Origin: Ascidiella aspersa
Taxonomy: Eukaryota
Assembly (NCBI GenBank): GCA_963924565.1
Contig: OZ004607.1
Location: 6,138,001-6,202,000 of the forward strand
Length of the DNA stretch: 64,000 bases
Reading direction: 5' to 3'
Each line of letters opens with the position of its first letter. Positions within the stretch are counted from its first letter, which is position 1. The notes below the pieces were generated by a model. It saw only the letters and a program-made list of their open reading frames with translations, did no database searches and was not told the DNA's origin. This document shows positions 40,146 through 52,700 of the stretch, in pieces. Both the position numbers and the translations under genes were made by a program.

Positions 40146-40550
40146 CAGGGGTCGGCAACCTTTTTAAAGTCGCGGACCAAAACCAAACTCAGAAAGGTCT
40201 CCGCGGGCCGCACAAAATTGATAACTAAGAATTGTGTTATTGAAATGTTAGAACAACTGTGAATTAGGCGGGCCTCGGATATTTTTTTAAAATGCTTTTT
40301 TTCGTTTTTCCGCGACGCACTTGACAGCCTTCCAAAGGCGCAACGGTAAAGAAGCGCTGATCTAGTTGTAAAAGCAGCATCAAAACGTAAACAAACCGGA
40401 CGTAGAATAAACATTCGCGCGAAGCGCTGAAATTTTCGCACTAGTAGTTAAAATAGTCAAAAAGTATGTGAAATGGACTCGTGTCTAGTTTGTCAAAGAG
40501 GCGGCGGGCCGGCCGAATCCTGCCCGCGGGCCGTAGGTTGCCGACCCCTG
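40146..40550. mobile_element. hAT-type MITE
   Basis: Perfect TIR caggggtcggcaacct / aggttgccgacccctg, TSD atttagcg. Confidence 0.88.
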
Positions 40551-43500
40551 ATTTAGCGCCAAACAACTATTGCTTTTGGATGTTTTTTACTACTGAGCAC
40601 AACAGAAAAACGCCGAAAATAATTTAGGCCATAGGCCTAATATACAATTATTATTATTTATGGCCAGCAGTTGCAAGAAACATTACCTTACTTTTGTTAT
40701 AAAGGTCGCCATGCTTTGCTTTCTTGATGTTCTCTGACTAAATGTACCTTCTACCAATATACCTTGATGCATTTACTTCTACAACAGTTTATTGAGCAGT
40801 AAACATTGGCCAACAAACTTTTTCAAGGAATTCGCATGACTTAAATTATCTTGCGACGTAAATTAGCCACCCAAAATACTAGTTTTCTAAATGAACTGCA
40901 AATCAGTTTTCGACACACAAAATATAACCCTTTTTTACAATATTCTAAAGAAAACTATATTTGCGAAATATATATTGGATTCATGTTTTTCTAAAACATT
41001 TCAGCAGCTAGAAGTATACATTCGAAAAAATCCACTGCGTTGCGCATGTTTTTAGTTTGGTTTTTCGATTTCCGTTGATGCAGTGCGTAAACGTGTTGTG
41101 ACGTAAGAAATGCCAAATCGGAAACAAAGAAGCCGACTCCATACCAGCTCTTGGGTCACGTGCATCGCAGCTTGTTTTGGTTCAAACTGATCAACAAATT
41201 CAGGAAGCCTTGCGAAAATCTTAAAGTTAGCGACACACTTTGGAGATTATTCTAACAAAGACATGCTTTGAAAGACGTTGTAACCTAAAAGTTTAACTGT
41301 TGTTAAAGTACGACACGATAGTTTGAACATAATTTTATTAATTATTTTTTGTAATTTTAAAGAAAAAACGTTATCAGCAAAGAGGCACGGAAATTAAAGG
41401 CTTAATATTGATATTAATAATATTTTTTGTAAATATGTTTAAAAAAATACGGTTTTTTATCGGATGCTGAAAGTAGAAATACTATTTTTTATCGGATGAT
41501 TTGAAAGAAGAAAACAGAAAAACAATTTTTTTAAGATTTAAAAGCTAAAAAAAAGATATTTTGGTAAATATTTAAAAGCAAGGCGAATCGCAGCGTATAG
41601 TGACATCGTTGGTAATCAACTAATCGAGGAAAAGCACACCAAAATTATAACGACAATATATATCGCAAAAAACAAAGATATACAAATTGAAGTAATGTAA
41701 TCTCGATTAGCCTAACTCTAACGAACACAAAACCGTTACCACAAGTTCTTAAAACTGGGGTCCATGGATCCTCCGGGGGGTTCGTGGACAAATCATAAAG
41801 GTTTATTAGAACCTTTGTGAATAACTTAAATAGAAAGATTTTTTAAATTTATACAAAAAAACGCTTTTGAATATCCTTAGGTGTATTTCGCCTCGATTTA
41901 AGTTTAATATTTGCACATTAATACGACCGAAACCGCAGGGTTCCAAAGTCCACCGTTATCATAACGCCATCAGTAGAAAAAAAATCATGTCCACCCTGGC
42001 CAACGCAAACCAAATTGGTCAGTGCGACAAAAATTTGAAGAACCCCTGCCGTAAACGGTCCTGAATTACTGTTAGGATTTTTTAGTAGATTTCCGGGAAA
42101 ACCCAAAAATCAACGGCGCCGCGTTCAGGTTGTACACATAGGAATGTAAAGCAAACGTCAAGACGCGACCCCGACCCCTTGAACTTGTTTTTGACTTTTA
42201 GCACATAAAGGTGTCGTAAAATCGGCTCGTAGCACATTACAATGTTTAGTAAAACGAAAATTCCGGCCAGGGCTGCGGAGTCGGTTAAAAACAACCCGAG
42301 TCCGACTCCCTAGTCCGACTTCGGCCCAAAAAATACACCCGAGTGCGAATCCCGAGTCCCGAGTCCGACTCCGGCCAAATGTAAGATTTTGTCGAGTCCC
42401 GAGTCCTGCTCCGACTCTACAGCCTGTATTTTACCCATTTACGCAGCTAAATTAAGGTGGATTTTCTGCAATCCACTCATATTGGTGTCAAAATTGGTCC
42501 GCCCGCATTACATGGCTTAAAAATATTTCACATTTGCAATTTTCACTTTTTTTTACTTACATTTTGCCGCCTTTACAGTTTTAAAATTTGATACTGCGCA
42601 TGCGCACGTCGGACTCGGGACTCGGGTAGTTTTACGCGGTCTTACTCGAGTCCCGAGTCCGACTCCGCAGCTCACATCCGATATTATTAGACATCGCTTT
42701 CTATATCTTATTCTCAAATAGAAGGCGTAAAAATTGCAGCAACTAGAAAACTCATGACGTTATTTACCTTTTAAAAATGTCAAGTTGATCGTTTAGTAAT
42801 TTTTTTGAAAGTCATATCGCTTCGCGAACATTTAAATGGAGGTATGGCGCGATTTGCGCAACAGGGCGCACTGCAATATTCATCGTATTTTCGGTAAAAT
42901 TTATCGACTATAGTCGCATACTTTTCGGGTCCATGCGTACAAAATAATAATATTTTTGCAATACAATTAAAGATTTCGGAAAAATATCTGATTTAGCTTT
43001 AGTTGGAATTTAAAGTGCCCAAAGAGCATATTTATGTTTAGGAGAGATCTCTTTGCAAATTATTGCAAAAATAAACTCGCACCAGAGAATGGTAATCGTA
43101 ATTGGAATGAATTAAATAGTTTATACTTCGTAATCTGCGTTTAATTAACGCACCGAAAGGACCGACAACCATGCGAGCAACAAAAAAAAAATAGTCGAAT
43201 ATAAGGAATAGGAATTAAGAGTAATCAGCGAAGAATATTTTTCTATCGAGAAATATAAATTACTGAAAAAAAAACACAATTCATTATTTACTGCGCATAG
43301 AAAAGGGAAAAATAATTCCTAAACAATCTTATAATTGTGTAAATTTGACCTAATTGTATGGTTTGCAGCATGCAACAGTCGAGGTTCAACAAATAAGATC
43401 ATAAATAAAAGTATAAAAGACAAAATACGTATATCGAACATCGGGCAATAAAAGGTGGCGTTATGGAATTATAATATTACATTAATCGTGTTGTGTGTGT

Positions 43501-43738
43501 GTGTGTGTTCAGCTCCAAGTTAATTGGTATATATTTATATGCCATAATTTCATGATATTGCCACTCGGAAATGTATCTAAATCTCAATCTGCATGTATTA
43601 CATTATTTGTGTTTAATTGTACCAAATTGCGATAGCCTTAAGTCAATTACTTAGGTGTAAAAATGTTAGATAAGGTAGTAAACCTAATACAGACTTGACA
43701 ATTACGTAACCTAGGATATTGGCTGCTATTTAGACGTG

Positions 43739-46700
43739 TCAGCTCGTGATTGGTTGACCGTACTTGATCACGTGACTGAGGGGGGCCACGTGACTTTGGT
43801 GCCTCGGAGCCTGCAAAAAATCGTGGATTTAAGTTTTACTTATCGCAAGGAAATACACTCTATTTTAGTTACAGAATAATGTAGCATGAATAAAAACTAA
43901 ATATTGTCGGTGAACACGCTTTAGCACGCAGGCATCACAAAAACTCAACATATACAGCAGGCGAGTTGTTTTATGTGCAAAAATTGGGACGAATCAATGA
44001 AAACACCTCATTTCAACCAGAGTTATTTGTCCAAAAGACTTAAGTCAAGTGAAATAATTTTGCTCGAACGATTTAAGTCAAGTCATTTTGCCCAAAAGAC
44101 TTAAGTCAAGTCAAATCATTTTGCCCAAACGACTTACGCCAAGTCATGTTAATTTGCCCAAAGACTTAAATCAACTACGGTCATTTCGCCCAAAAGACTT
44201 AAGTCAAGTACAGTCATTTCGCCCAAAAGACTTAAGTCAAGTCAAGTCATTGAAACACAGTGACGTAAGTGCATTGACTCGAGTCTTTAAATTCAATTTC
44301 GAAAAATCCACTTATCAAACGTATTTCTATATTTCCTGTGATGAGCCGAGCTTCAAGCTCGTAACTAATGATATTGTATTTAATTCATACAGATCTATAG
44401 CACCTTTTCGAATAGAAATTATAAGACAAGGCGCTTTCCTTGCAACTCATCGATTTACTCACCTCGTAAATGAGTACGATGGTGGACCCGAGTTTGAACT
44501 CGCCCACTGAGTCGCCCTTGCTGAAGGGTACGCCGTGCGAGTCGAACTCGTGGTCGTAGTAAGTTCCCGGTACGAAGTTAGGACGGTTGGTGCGTAGAGT
44601 CTGCAAAAATGAGCAACGCCTCGATTTAAACTTTTTTTTTTCACAAGACTTTATATGACGACCCTTTTCGGCGCCCGGTGGTGCCGTACACCTATAGCCA
44701 GGGTTACCATCTGCTAAGACCAAAAAACAAGCTAATACGAAAAAATAAAAAAGGCTACGGATGACTAGTCGAAGATACAGGATTTTTTTTTTTTGGGGGG
44801 TGGAGGGGACATACAAATATAAATAGTCCTGAAAACACTTGTTGTTCCGCGCCAAATGCAGCTTAATCGCAAAAATACGTGTATTTTGTGGAATTGGCAA
44901 AGCTTTTAATATAAAAGCAGACGTGACGCCTTCGTCCAGGGTTCATCAAAGTTTTTTCATAAAGGGCCGAATAATTGTAAGGCCTGACCATCGGAGGCCG
45001 GATAACTGTTAGGATTTACGATCGCGGGCCAGATATTTTTTGTCAAACTTTACTAAATTGATTATCGTTAAATATAAGAAACCATCTAACCATGCAATAC
45101 AAACTGTAGTGATAGTAAGGCTTAATCGATTCTAAAATCAGCCAAACTAAGCACATAACTAAAAACTAAGCACAGCACATCTTATAAATAAGCACATTAG
45201 TATTTTCTAAGGCACTGCAACCTGAATAAGCACAAATCTTAGAAATAAGCACAGTATGGTAACCCTGCCTATGGCCAAAGGTAATTTTAAACTTTCTTTT
45301 GAGATTATAGTGATGTTTGATAAAATAAAGTGGTAGTAATGGTAGGTACGATAACAAGTGTACTTGGGGGTTAATTGGCGAAACAAATTTTTGTGTTTCG
45401 ACCTTAAAAGGTCAATAATTATGAAGAAAAAAGTTTATAAAAGTGAAAATTATATCGAAAGCAAAAATCCCTAAACAAGTTTGCCCAAATTCCTAATAAG
45501 GGTTGCTAAAATCCCTAAATAAGTTTGCCCAAATTCCTAATAAGGGTTGCTAAAATCCCTAAATAAGTTTGCCCAAATTCCTAATAAGGGTTGCTAAAAT
45601 CCCTAAATAAGTTTGCCCAAATTCCTAATAAGGGTTGCTAAAATCCCTAAATAAGTTTGCCCAAATTCCTAATAAGGGTTGCTAAAATCCCTAAATAAGT
45701 TTGCCCAAATTCCTAATAAGGGTTGCTAAAATCCTTAAATAAGTTTGCCCAAATTCCTAATAAGGGTTGCTAAAATCCCTAAATAAGTTTGCCCAAATTC
45801 CTAATAAGGGTTGCTAAAATCCCTAAATAAGTTTGCCCAAATTCCTAATAAGGGTTGCTAAAATCCCTAAATAAGTTTGCCCAAATTCCTAATAAGGGTT
45901 GCTAAAATCCCTAAATAAGTTTGCCCAAATTCCTAATAAGGGTTGCTAAAATCCCTAAATAAGTTTGCCCAAATTCCTAATAAGGGTTGCTAAAATCCCT
46001 AAATAAGTTTGCCCAAATTCCTAATAAGGGTTGCTAAAATCCCTAAATAAGTTTGCCCAAATTCCTAATAAGGGTTGCTAAAATCCCTAAATAAGTTTGC
46101 CCAAATTCCTAATAAGGGTTGCTAAAATCCCTAAATAAGTTTGCCCAAATTCCTAATAAGGGTTGCTAAAATCCCTAAATAAGTTTGCCCAAATTCCTAA
46201 TAAGGGTTGCTAAAATCCCTAAATAAGTTTGCCCAAATTCCTAATAAGGGTTGCTAAAATCCCTAAATAAGTTTGCCCAAATTCCTAATAAGGGTTGCTA
46301 AAATCCCTAAATAAGTTTGCCCAAATTCCTAATAAGGGTTGCTAAAATCCCTAAATAAGTTTGCCCAAATTCCCAATAAGGGTTGCTAAAATCCCTAAAT
46401 AAGTTTGCCCAAATTCCTAATAAGGGTTGCTAAAATCCCTAAATAAGTTTGCCCAAATTCCTAATAAGGGTTGCTAAAATCCCTAAATAAGTTTGCCCAA
46501 ATTCCTAATAAGGGTTGCTAAAATCCCTAAATAAGTTTGCCCAAATTCCTAATAAGGGTTGCTAAAATCCCTAAATAAGTTTGTCCAAATTCCTAATAAG
46601 GGTTGCTAAAATCCCTAGATAAGTTTGCCCAAATTCCTAATAAGGGTTGCTAAAATCCCTAAATAAGTTTGCCCAAATTCCTAATAAGGGTTGCTAAAAT

Positions 46701-49700
46701 CCCTAAATAAGTTTGCCCAAATTCCTAATAAGGGTTGCCCAAATCCCTAAATAAGTTTGCCCAAATTCCTAATAAGGGTTGCCCAAATCCCTAAATAAGT
46801 TTGCCCAAATTCCTAATAAGGGTTGCTAAAATCCCTAAATAAGTTTGCCCAAATTCCTAATAAGGGTTGCTAAAATCCCTAAATAAGTTTGCCCAAATTC
46901 CTAATAAGGGTTGCTAAAATCCCTAAATAAGTTTGCCCAAATTCCTAATAAGGGTTGCTAAAATCCCTAAATAAGTTTGCCCAAATTCCTAATAAGGGTT
47001 GCTAAAATCCCTAAATAAGTTTGCCCAAATTCCTAATAAGGGTTGCTAAAATCCCTAAATAAGTTTGCCCAAATTCCTAATAAGGGTTGCTAAAATCCCT
47101 AAATAAGTTTGCCCAAATTCCTAATAAGGGTTGCTAAAATCCCTAAATAAGTTTGCCCAAATTCCTAATAAGGGTTGCTAAAATCCCTAAATAAGTTTGC
47201 CCAAATTCCTAATAAGGGTTGCTAAAATCCCTAAATAAGTTTGCCCAAATTCCCAATAAGGGTTGCTAAAATCCCTAAATAAGTTTGCCCAAATTCCTAA
47301 TAAGGGTTGCTAAAATCCCTAAATAAGTTTGCCCAAATTCCTAATAAGGGTTGCTAAAATCCCTAAATAAGTTTGCCCAAATTCCTAATAAGGGTTGCTA
47401 AAATCCCTAAATAAGTTTGCCCAAATTCCTAATAAGGGTTGCTAAAATCCCTAAATAAGTTTGCCCAAATTCCTAATAAGGGTTGCTAAAATCCCTAAAT
47501 AAGTTTGCCCAAATTCCTAATAAGGGTTGCTAAAATCCCTAAATAAGTTTGCCCAAATTCCTAATAAGGGTTGCTAAAATCCCTAAATAAGTTTGTCCAA
47601 ATTCCTAATAAGGGTTGCTAAAATCCCTAGATAAGTTTGCCCAAATTCCTAATAAGGGTTGCTAAAATCCCTAAATAAGTTTGCCCAAATTCCTAATAAG
47701 GGTTGCTAAAATCCCTAAATAAGTTTGCCCAAATCCCTAAATAAGTTTGCCCAAATTCCTAATAAGCTTGCCCAAATCTCTCAATTTCTTACCTGATCGC
47801 CGTACACCAGGATTGATCCCACGTTGGTGGCTCCCACCGCAGTCATAGAGAAGAAGCCGTGTTTCCAACTTCCGCTCAGCACCACTCGCTCATTGAGGAC
47901 GAAAAGGTCGGGAATCCAGGCCGCCAGACGCGGGTTGACGCTCAGTAGGTCACCTGGAGTGTGATGGTGGTAAAAGTGTTAAGGTTGGTTTACACAAGGG
48001 TTCACCAAACTTTTCTTATGAAGAGCCGGATAACTGTAAGACCTGACTATCGGGGAGCGGATAACTGTAAGACCTCTTTATTCATTTTCAATTTTTGAAT
48101 AGGCTATAATCAATTTACCCTAAATCTTTGTTTATAAAATCTGGCGTCGTCTAAAAATATTACGACAAAAATCAGATAAATATTTGGTACCAACAGCAAT
48201 TTTTTTCTTTAGTCATCTATAGGCATACCATGGCATTGTCGCATAGACGCCTTCAGCTAAAATAAAAACTTTTACATAAAATATAAGTGCAACTTTTTTG
48301 ATACTGCGATTGATATAAAAAAAGATAAATTATAAATCCAATTAAGTGTGTTCGGATGGCGTCATAAAAAGGCGTACCTTCGAGTTATTTTTATTATTTT
48401 TTACTCTTGCGATTTGTTCAAAACATGGAACGACAAACAGACTTAAAGTTTTGACAGGCCGCCTTAAAGCTCGCCAAGTCGCGAGGTAAACATTGCAGGC
48501 GTGATTATAACAAAAGACCTTGGGCGCCTGGGAATACGTTCCCTAGTCATTGTGGCAACAAAGTTTATGAAACCAGTAACCGCTCGTGTGTGAGGGATGG
48601 AGTATGGGGAAAGCTGGTAAACCGCGGCCTGTTAGGCTGAACCTGAACTATAAGCGCAAGTTGAAATCATTGTTAGCCATTGTAAGCAGATCTAAACGGT
48701 GATCCTATGCATTTTACCATGCGGGTGTAAAATACTTTGCAGGCACAAAGAGTCGGATTAGGTTAAAGGCAGTATGCTGGCGACTTGGCGACTATTTCGG
48801 CCGAAATCAGCCAGAAAACCGAAAAAATTGGTTCCAAAAAAATTGCATTTAAAAATAATTTTTTATTTTCTTCGCACAACCCTTTCGATCAATATTTTTC
48901 TGGGCGAACACAGCATTTAACTTTGACACGAGACTAAAAAACGAGGAATTTAAGCAAAAATGATAGTCGCCAAAATGCCGACAAGATTCTGCCAGTCCGG
49001 TTAAAAGTTAAATTTTCCACAGGGACATCAGTTTATATCCTTGTTAGAGTTACAAACACCGCAGTTGCAAACTTAAGAAACGTAACACGGACAAGCACCA
49101 GCAAAAAAAACTTTATGTTGAGGTATTCGTCCAAAGTAAACCGCGAAAGACAAAAAAATTAGACATTTATGTCGGTATACTTATATGCGATCGATAATTT
49201 TCACAAAATTAAACTGTATGCGTCGCCATCCTTGGAGCAGAGCTACAAATACTAAAATCAAAAAGCATTTCGAGCTGCTTTACAAGAGTAAATCTAAAAC
49301 CGAGGTTTTAGTTTCTAGCTTCAGAAGACTAACCACAAGTCAAAACGGAGTCGGGAATGTTCTATTGTGCGGATTTAACCGGAAACTTGTTTGCGTTACG
49401 CAACACTGAGACGCAAAGGCAAAGTGAGCAAATTGTCAATTAACGTCACTGTTATCAAAGGTAAGTAACGCCAAAATAAAAATCCAGATTTGGTAATTTT
49501 CCCTACTGCTTTCTTGTTACCAGTGCGTGAAAAGTTTTACCGAAGCTTAAAAAAACATAATTTTTGTTCAAAGAAAATTGGCGTCAGGCAAACGTTTGTG
49601 CAAAAAAATGAGGTTGGAAGGATTGCTACAGGATTCCATACGTCAGTTCACAGTCATTTAGTTTCACGCTTCAAAAATGACTCACATTTTTTTCTCGACT

Positions 49701-52700
49701 CTCTGTTAATTTTCCCATCTCGGCGGTTAGGGACCTCAGTTGCTTTAAATGGCCAGTTTAAACGATTATGAATATACTGTTGCAGCGGGGCATTCTTTCA
49801 ATAGTAAAATTGTTCTTTCGGCAAAATTGCGTTAAAGTGCCAGCGCTTCGATCACTTATCTGTCCAATCGTCTTCCGGGCAATATAATTGCAACTATAGG
49901 CGAAAAAAAATATATACCAGACAAACAATAAAGGAAAAACACAAAGGAGCCCGCTTAATCGATTATGGAGTGGAAAAAGCACGTGTAGTTGAGGCACAAA
50001 ATGGTCATAAGAAAAAGGCCATTTGCAATTGAAAAGCACTAATCAGTGTTTCGCAACCTTTTTTGACTTCACCCCAACAGAAATTATAAATAGTTCGCGG
50101 CACCCTTGCTCGTATTTTTGCTGAGTGGTTAAATGTAACTTTACAATGAACGAGATTGAAACAGCACATTAACTGTGCGGCAAGGTTGAAAAAACTTTTT
50201 TTTATTTTTAGCACTTTTATCGTACACAAAAAAATTATCAAGAAGCTTTCTAATAAAAAAAATTGAAAATCCTAAATAAGTTTAAATATCTCTCGGTACC
50301 CGCGTTAAAATGGCATCTTGGAGCCACTGCGCTAAGTGATTCAAAGTTGTACATTCCGAAGCTGGGTCGGAGATAAAATCCACCCTCGGCCTCCGGTGAC
50401 GCGGGTCAGGGGAGGCGTACGCTCGACTGGCATTGTTACGTCATATTGACACAAGCGCGATATAGGGACTGGAGCCGAATGAAGCGACCGTGAAGCAAGG
50501 GGCTAAAGAGATTTTCCACAAGCGCTGGCGACAGTGTTTGATGACTCTCCGTTTATAGCCAGTGTATAGAGACATGTGTAAAGACCAGAGTGTCCATCAA
50601 ACATAGCCAGATGGTGTATAAACTGTTCTTGTCAAGAGAGATGTTAAGTCAAGCCTTTCAAAAGATCGTAGAAATCTATTTTGATTAGGTAACTTTTTTG
50701 TTGTCCAATAATTTTGGCTCGAGCATATTTGTGGTGCTTCAAGGCATTTGTAGACCAGAATGTTCAGGCCTAGCCAGAAGTCGCACAAAGCTGTTTTTGT
50801 CAGAAACGATGTTATTTCAAGCATTTTAAAAACTCCTAAAAATCAATTTCGATAAAGCGGAATTTTAGGTAACTTCTTTGTTGTCCAAATATATTGGTTC
50901 GAGCTTTTTCCTGGTGTATCAAGGCATGCGTAGTTGCGTACACAAAGTTAGGCTGGTCGTAAACGCTAAAGACCAAGATTTTATTTCTTGTTGTTTGTCG
51001 AGCCACGAACTTCCCCAGATTTGATAAAGGTGTACAACTTTAACGTTCTGTGATTTACTAAACAGTCTTGATTTAGACGTTTCGACACGAACTTGTATAA
51101 TATTCAGTTAATGTGGCTGAAAGCAATTCAAGCATCACTTATAAAAGGCGGGACGCAATTCTTGTCATTCTGAGTTTTAATATGCAAGCTTGTATCGAAA
51201 CCTCCTAATAAAAATGATGTTGATCTACTCGACCTTTTTGGCTCTGCAATTCATTATAAAGATGTTTATATTTGGGAGAGTGTATCAAAGATGCTCTTCA
51301 CGCTTTTATCATACGCGTTCGGGCGACCGGGGTTAGGTCGCGCTGATAACTGCCACACAACTGCTTCCCAAGTTCGTCCAATTTGGTCCGAAAATACAAC
51401 AAAAAAACGACAAAGCGCTTCGTGGGTTCCATATCCCGACGACGACAACAATTCTTTCGGTGCGCGCGTATAAACTTTATGGAGTCGGGCACACAATCAA
51501 TCGGGCGTTGACAAAGAAACATCGATTTCTTTAAGGCCTTCTTGTTATCTCAGAGCCTTGTACAAATAAAAATGTCACCATTCGCTGCCCAGTTCGGTTA
51601 GCCAGAGGCGGCTCCAATACTGAGATTTCGAGTACAGAGAATTATCTGGGTTTTTTTTTCAAGAGGAAAGGTGAGCTTTATTGTAGGTACAGAAAGCGAT
51701 AAATAGAGATACTGCATCGGTATTGCCGAAATTAAAGTAAAACACTGCAAAGTATTGTTAAGAATGTCTGAAATCATGGCAAGCAGAGCATTGGCCGTAA
51801 AGATAAGGTTTGTAAAAAAGAGTCGCTATTGTTGGCAAGTGTGACATCTTAAGAAGCTGTTTCATGGTACAAATTATTTACTATGCTTTATTCCTCAACT
51901 GACGTGGTCTTTGTGCAAACGCAAAACATCTCTTTTAGGAAAAGGCAGCTTAAGGAAATCTCGAGTCCGAGCCTTTGGCTAACAAAAGAAACAGGAGGCC
52001 ACGTAGATTTTAGGCGGCGGAGCAAAATTCCCGCATAAATTTAAACCAAAGTTTATCGCCAAAGGCGGCGCCGGCCTTGACAATGGAACTTGCGTTTTCA
52101 TTTCGTCGGATTGTTGTTATTTCAATAAACATCGCGCACAATGCCTCGCTCCGATGTCACACGCGAAGTTCCACGTTGGCAAGCGACCGCCGCGACAACC
52201 TTCAAACGGGTAGCTGAAAATCGATTGAACCCCGAAAAGGCCGGATACTGTTTATCATTGGTTTTCGCCACGTCCTCCGTCGTCACGTTGACATTTTGAA
52301 AGTTTTTCAAAGCCAAGGTTATTCGATGGTTCGTTATTGATTTTCATCATTTTACTTGATTTAGAAATTGTAGGCGCAGTGTTGTAATGACTCCTAGTTT
52401 TTAACTGACTTTACTTAAGTCTTTTGGGCAAATAAATTGGGTTGAAATGAAGTGATTTCATTAGGCATTATTTTTGTAAAATCAGGTTCTTTATCTCAAT
52501 TTGTGCATGTTAAACTAGGGGTCACCGTGGCCCCCTTCGAAAGTTTTGAAAAATCAATGGTTCTCCCTATTTTTTTTAACCTTTTGAAAAAAATATGCTT
52601 TTTTTTAACCTTTTTAAAAAAAATGAAACGCCAATTTAATTAAAAACTTGTTAAAAGTATATCCGGGAGTTAGAATGATAAAATGATATAAGTACAACAC

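Noticed and set aside
9844-44500. Functional link between two autoproteolytic neighbours (GDPH in ITIH, LGST in PISD)
   Set aside because: Different mechanisms and compartments; adjacency in an animal genome is no evidence of a shared system.
44088-44510. 140-aa ORF with PKDLSQV repeats
   Set aside because: Translation of AAGTC-element repeats, running antisense into a PISD exon.
45467-47775. CRISPR-like array
   Set aside because: Units are contiguous with no unique spacers; eukaryotic context and no cas genes.
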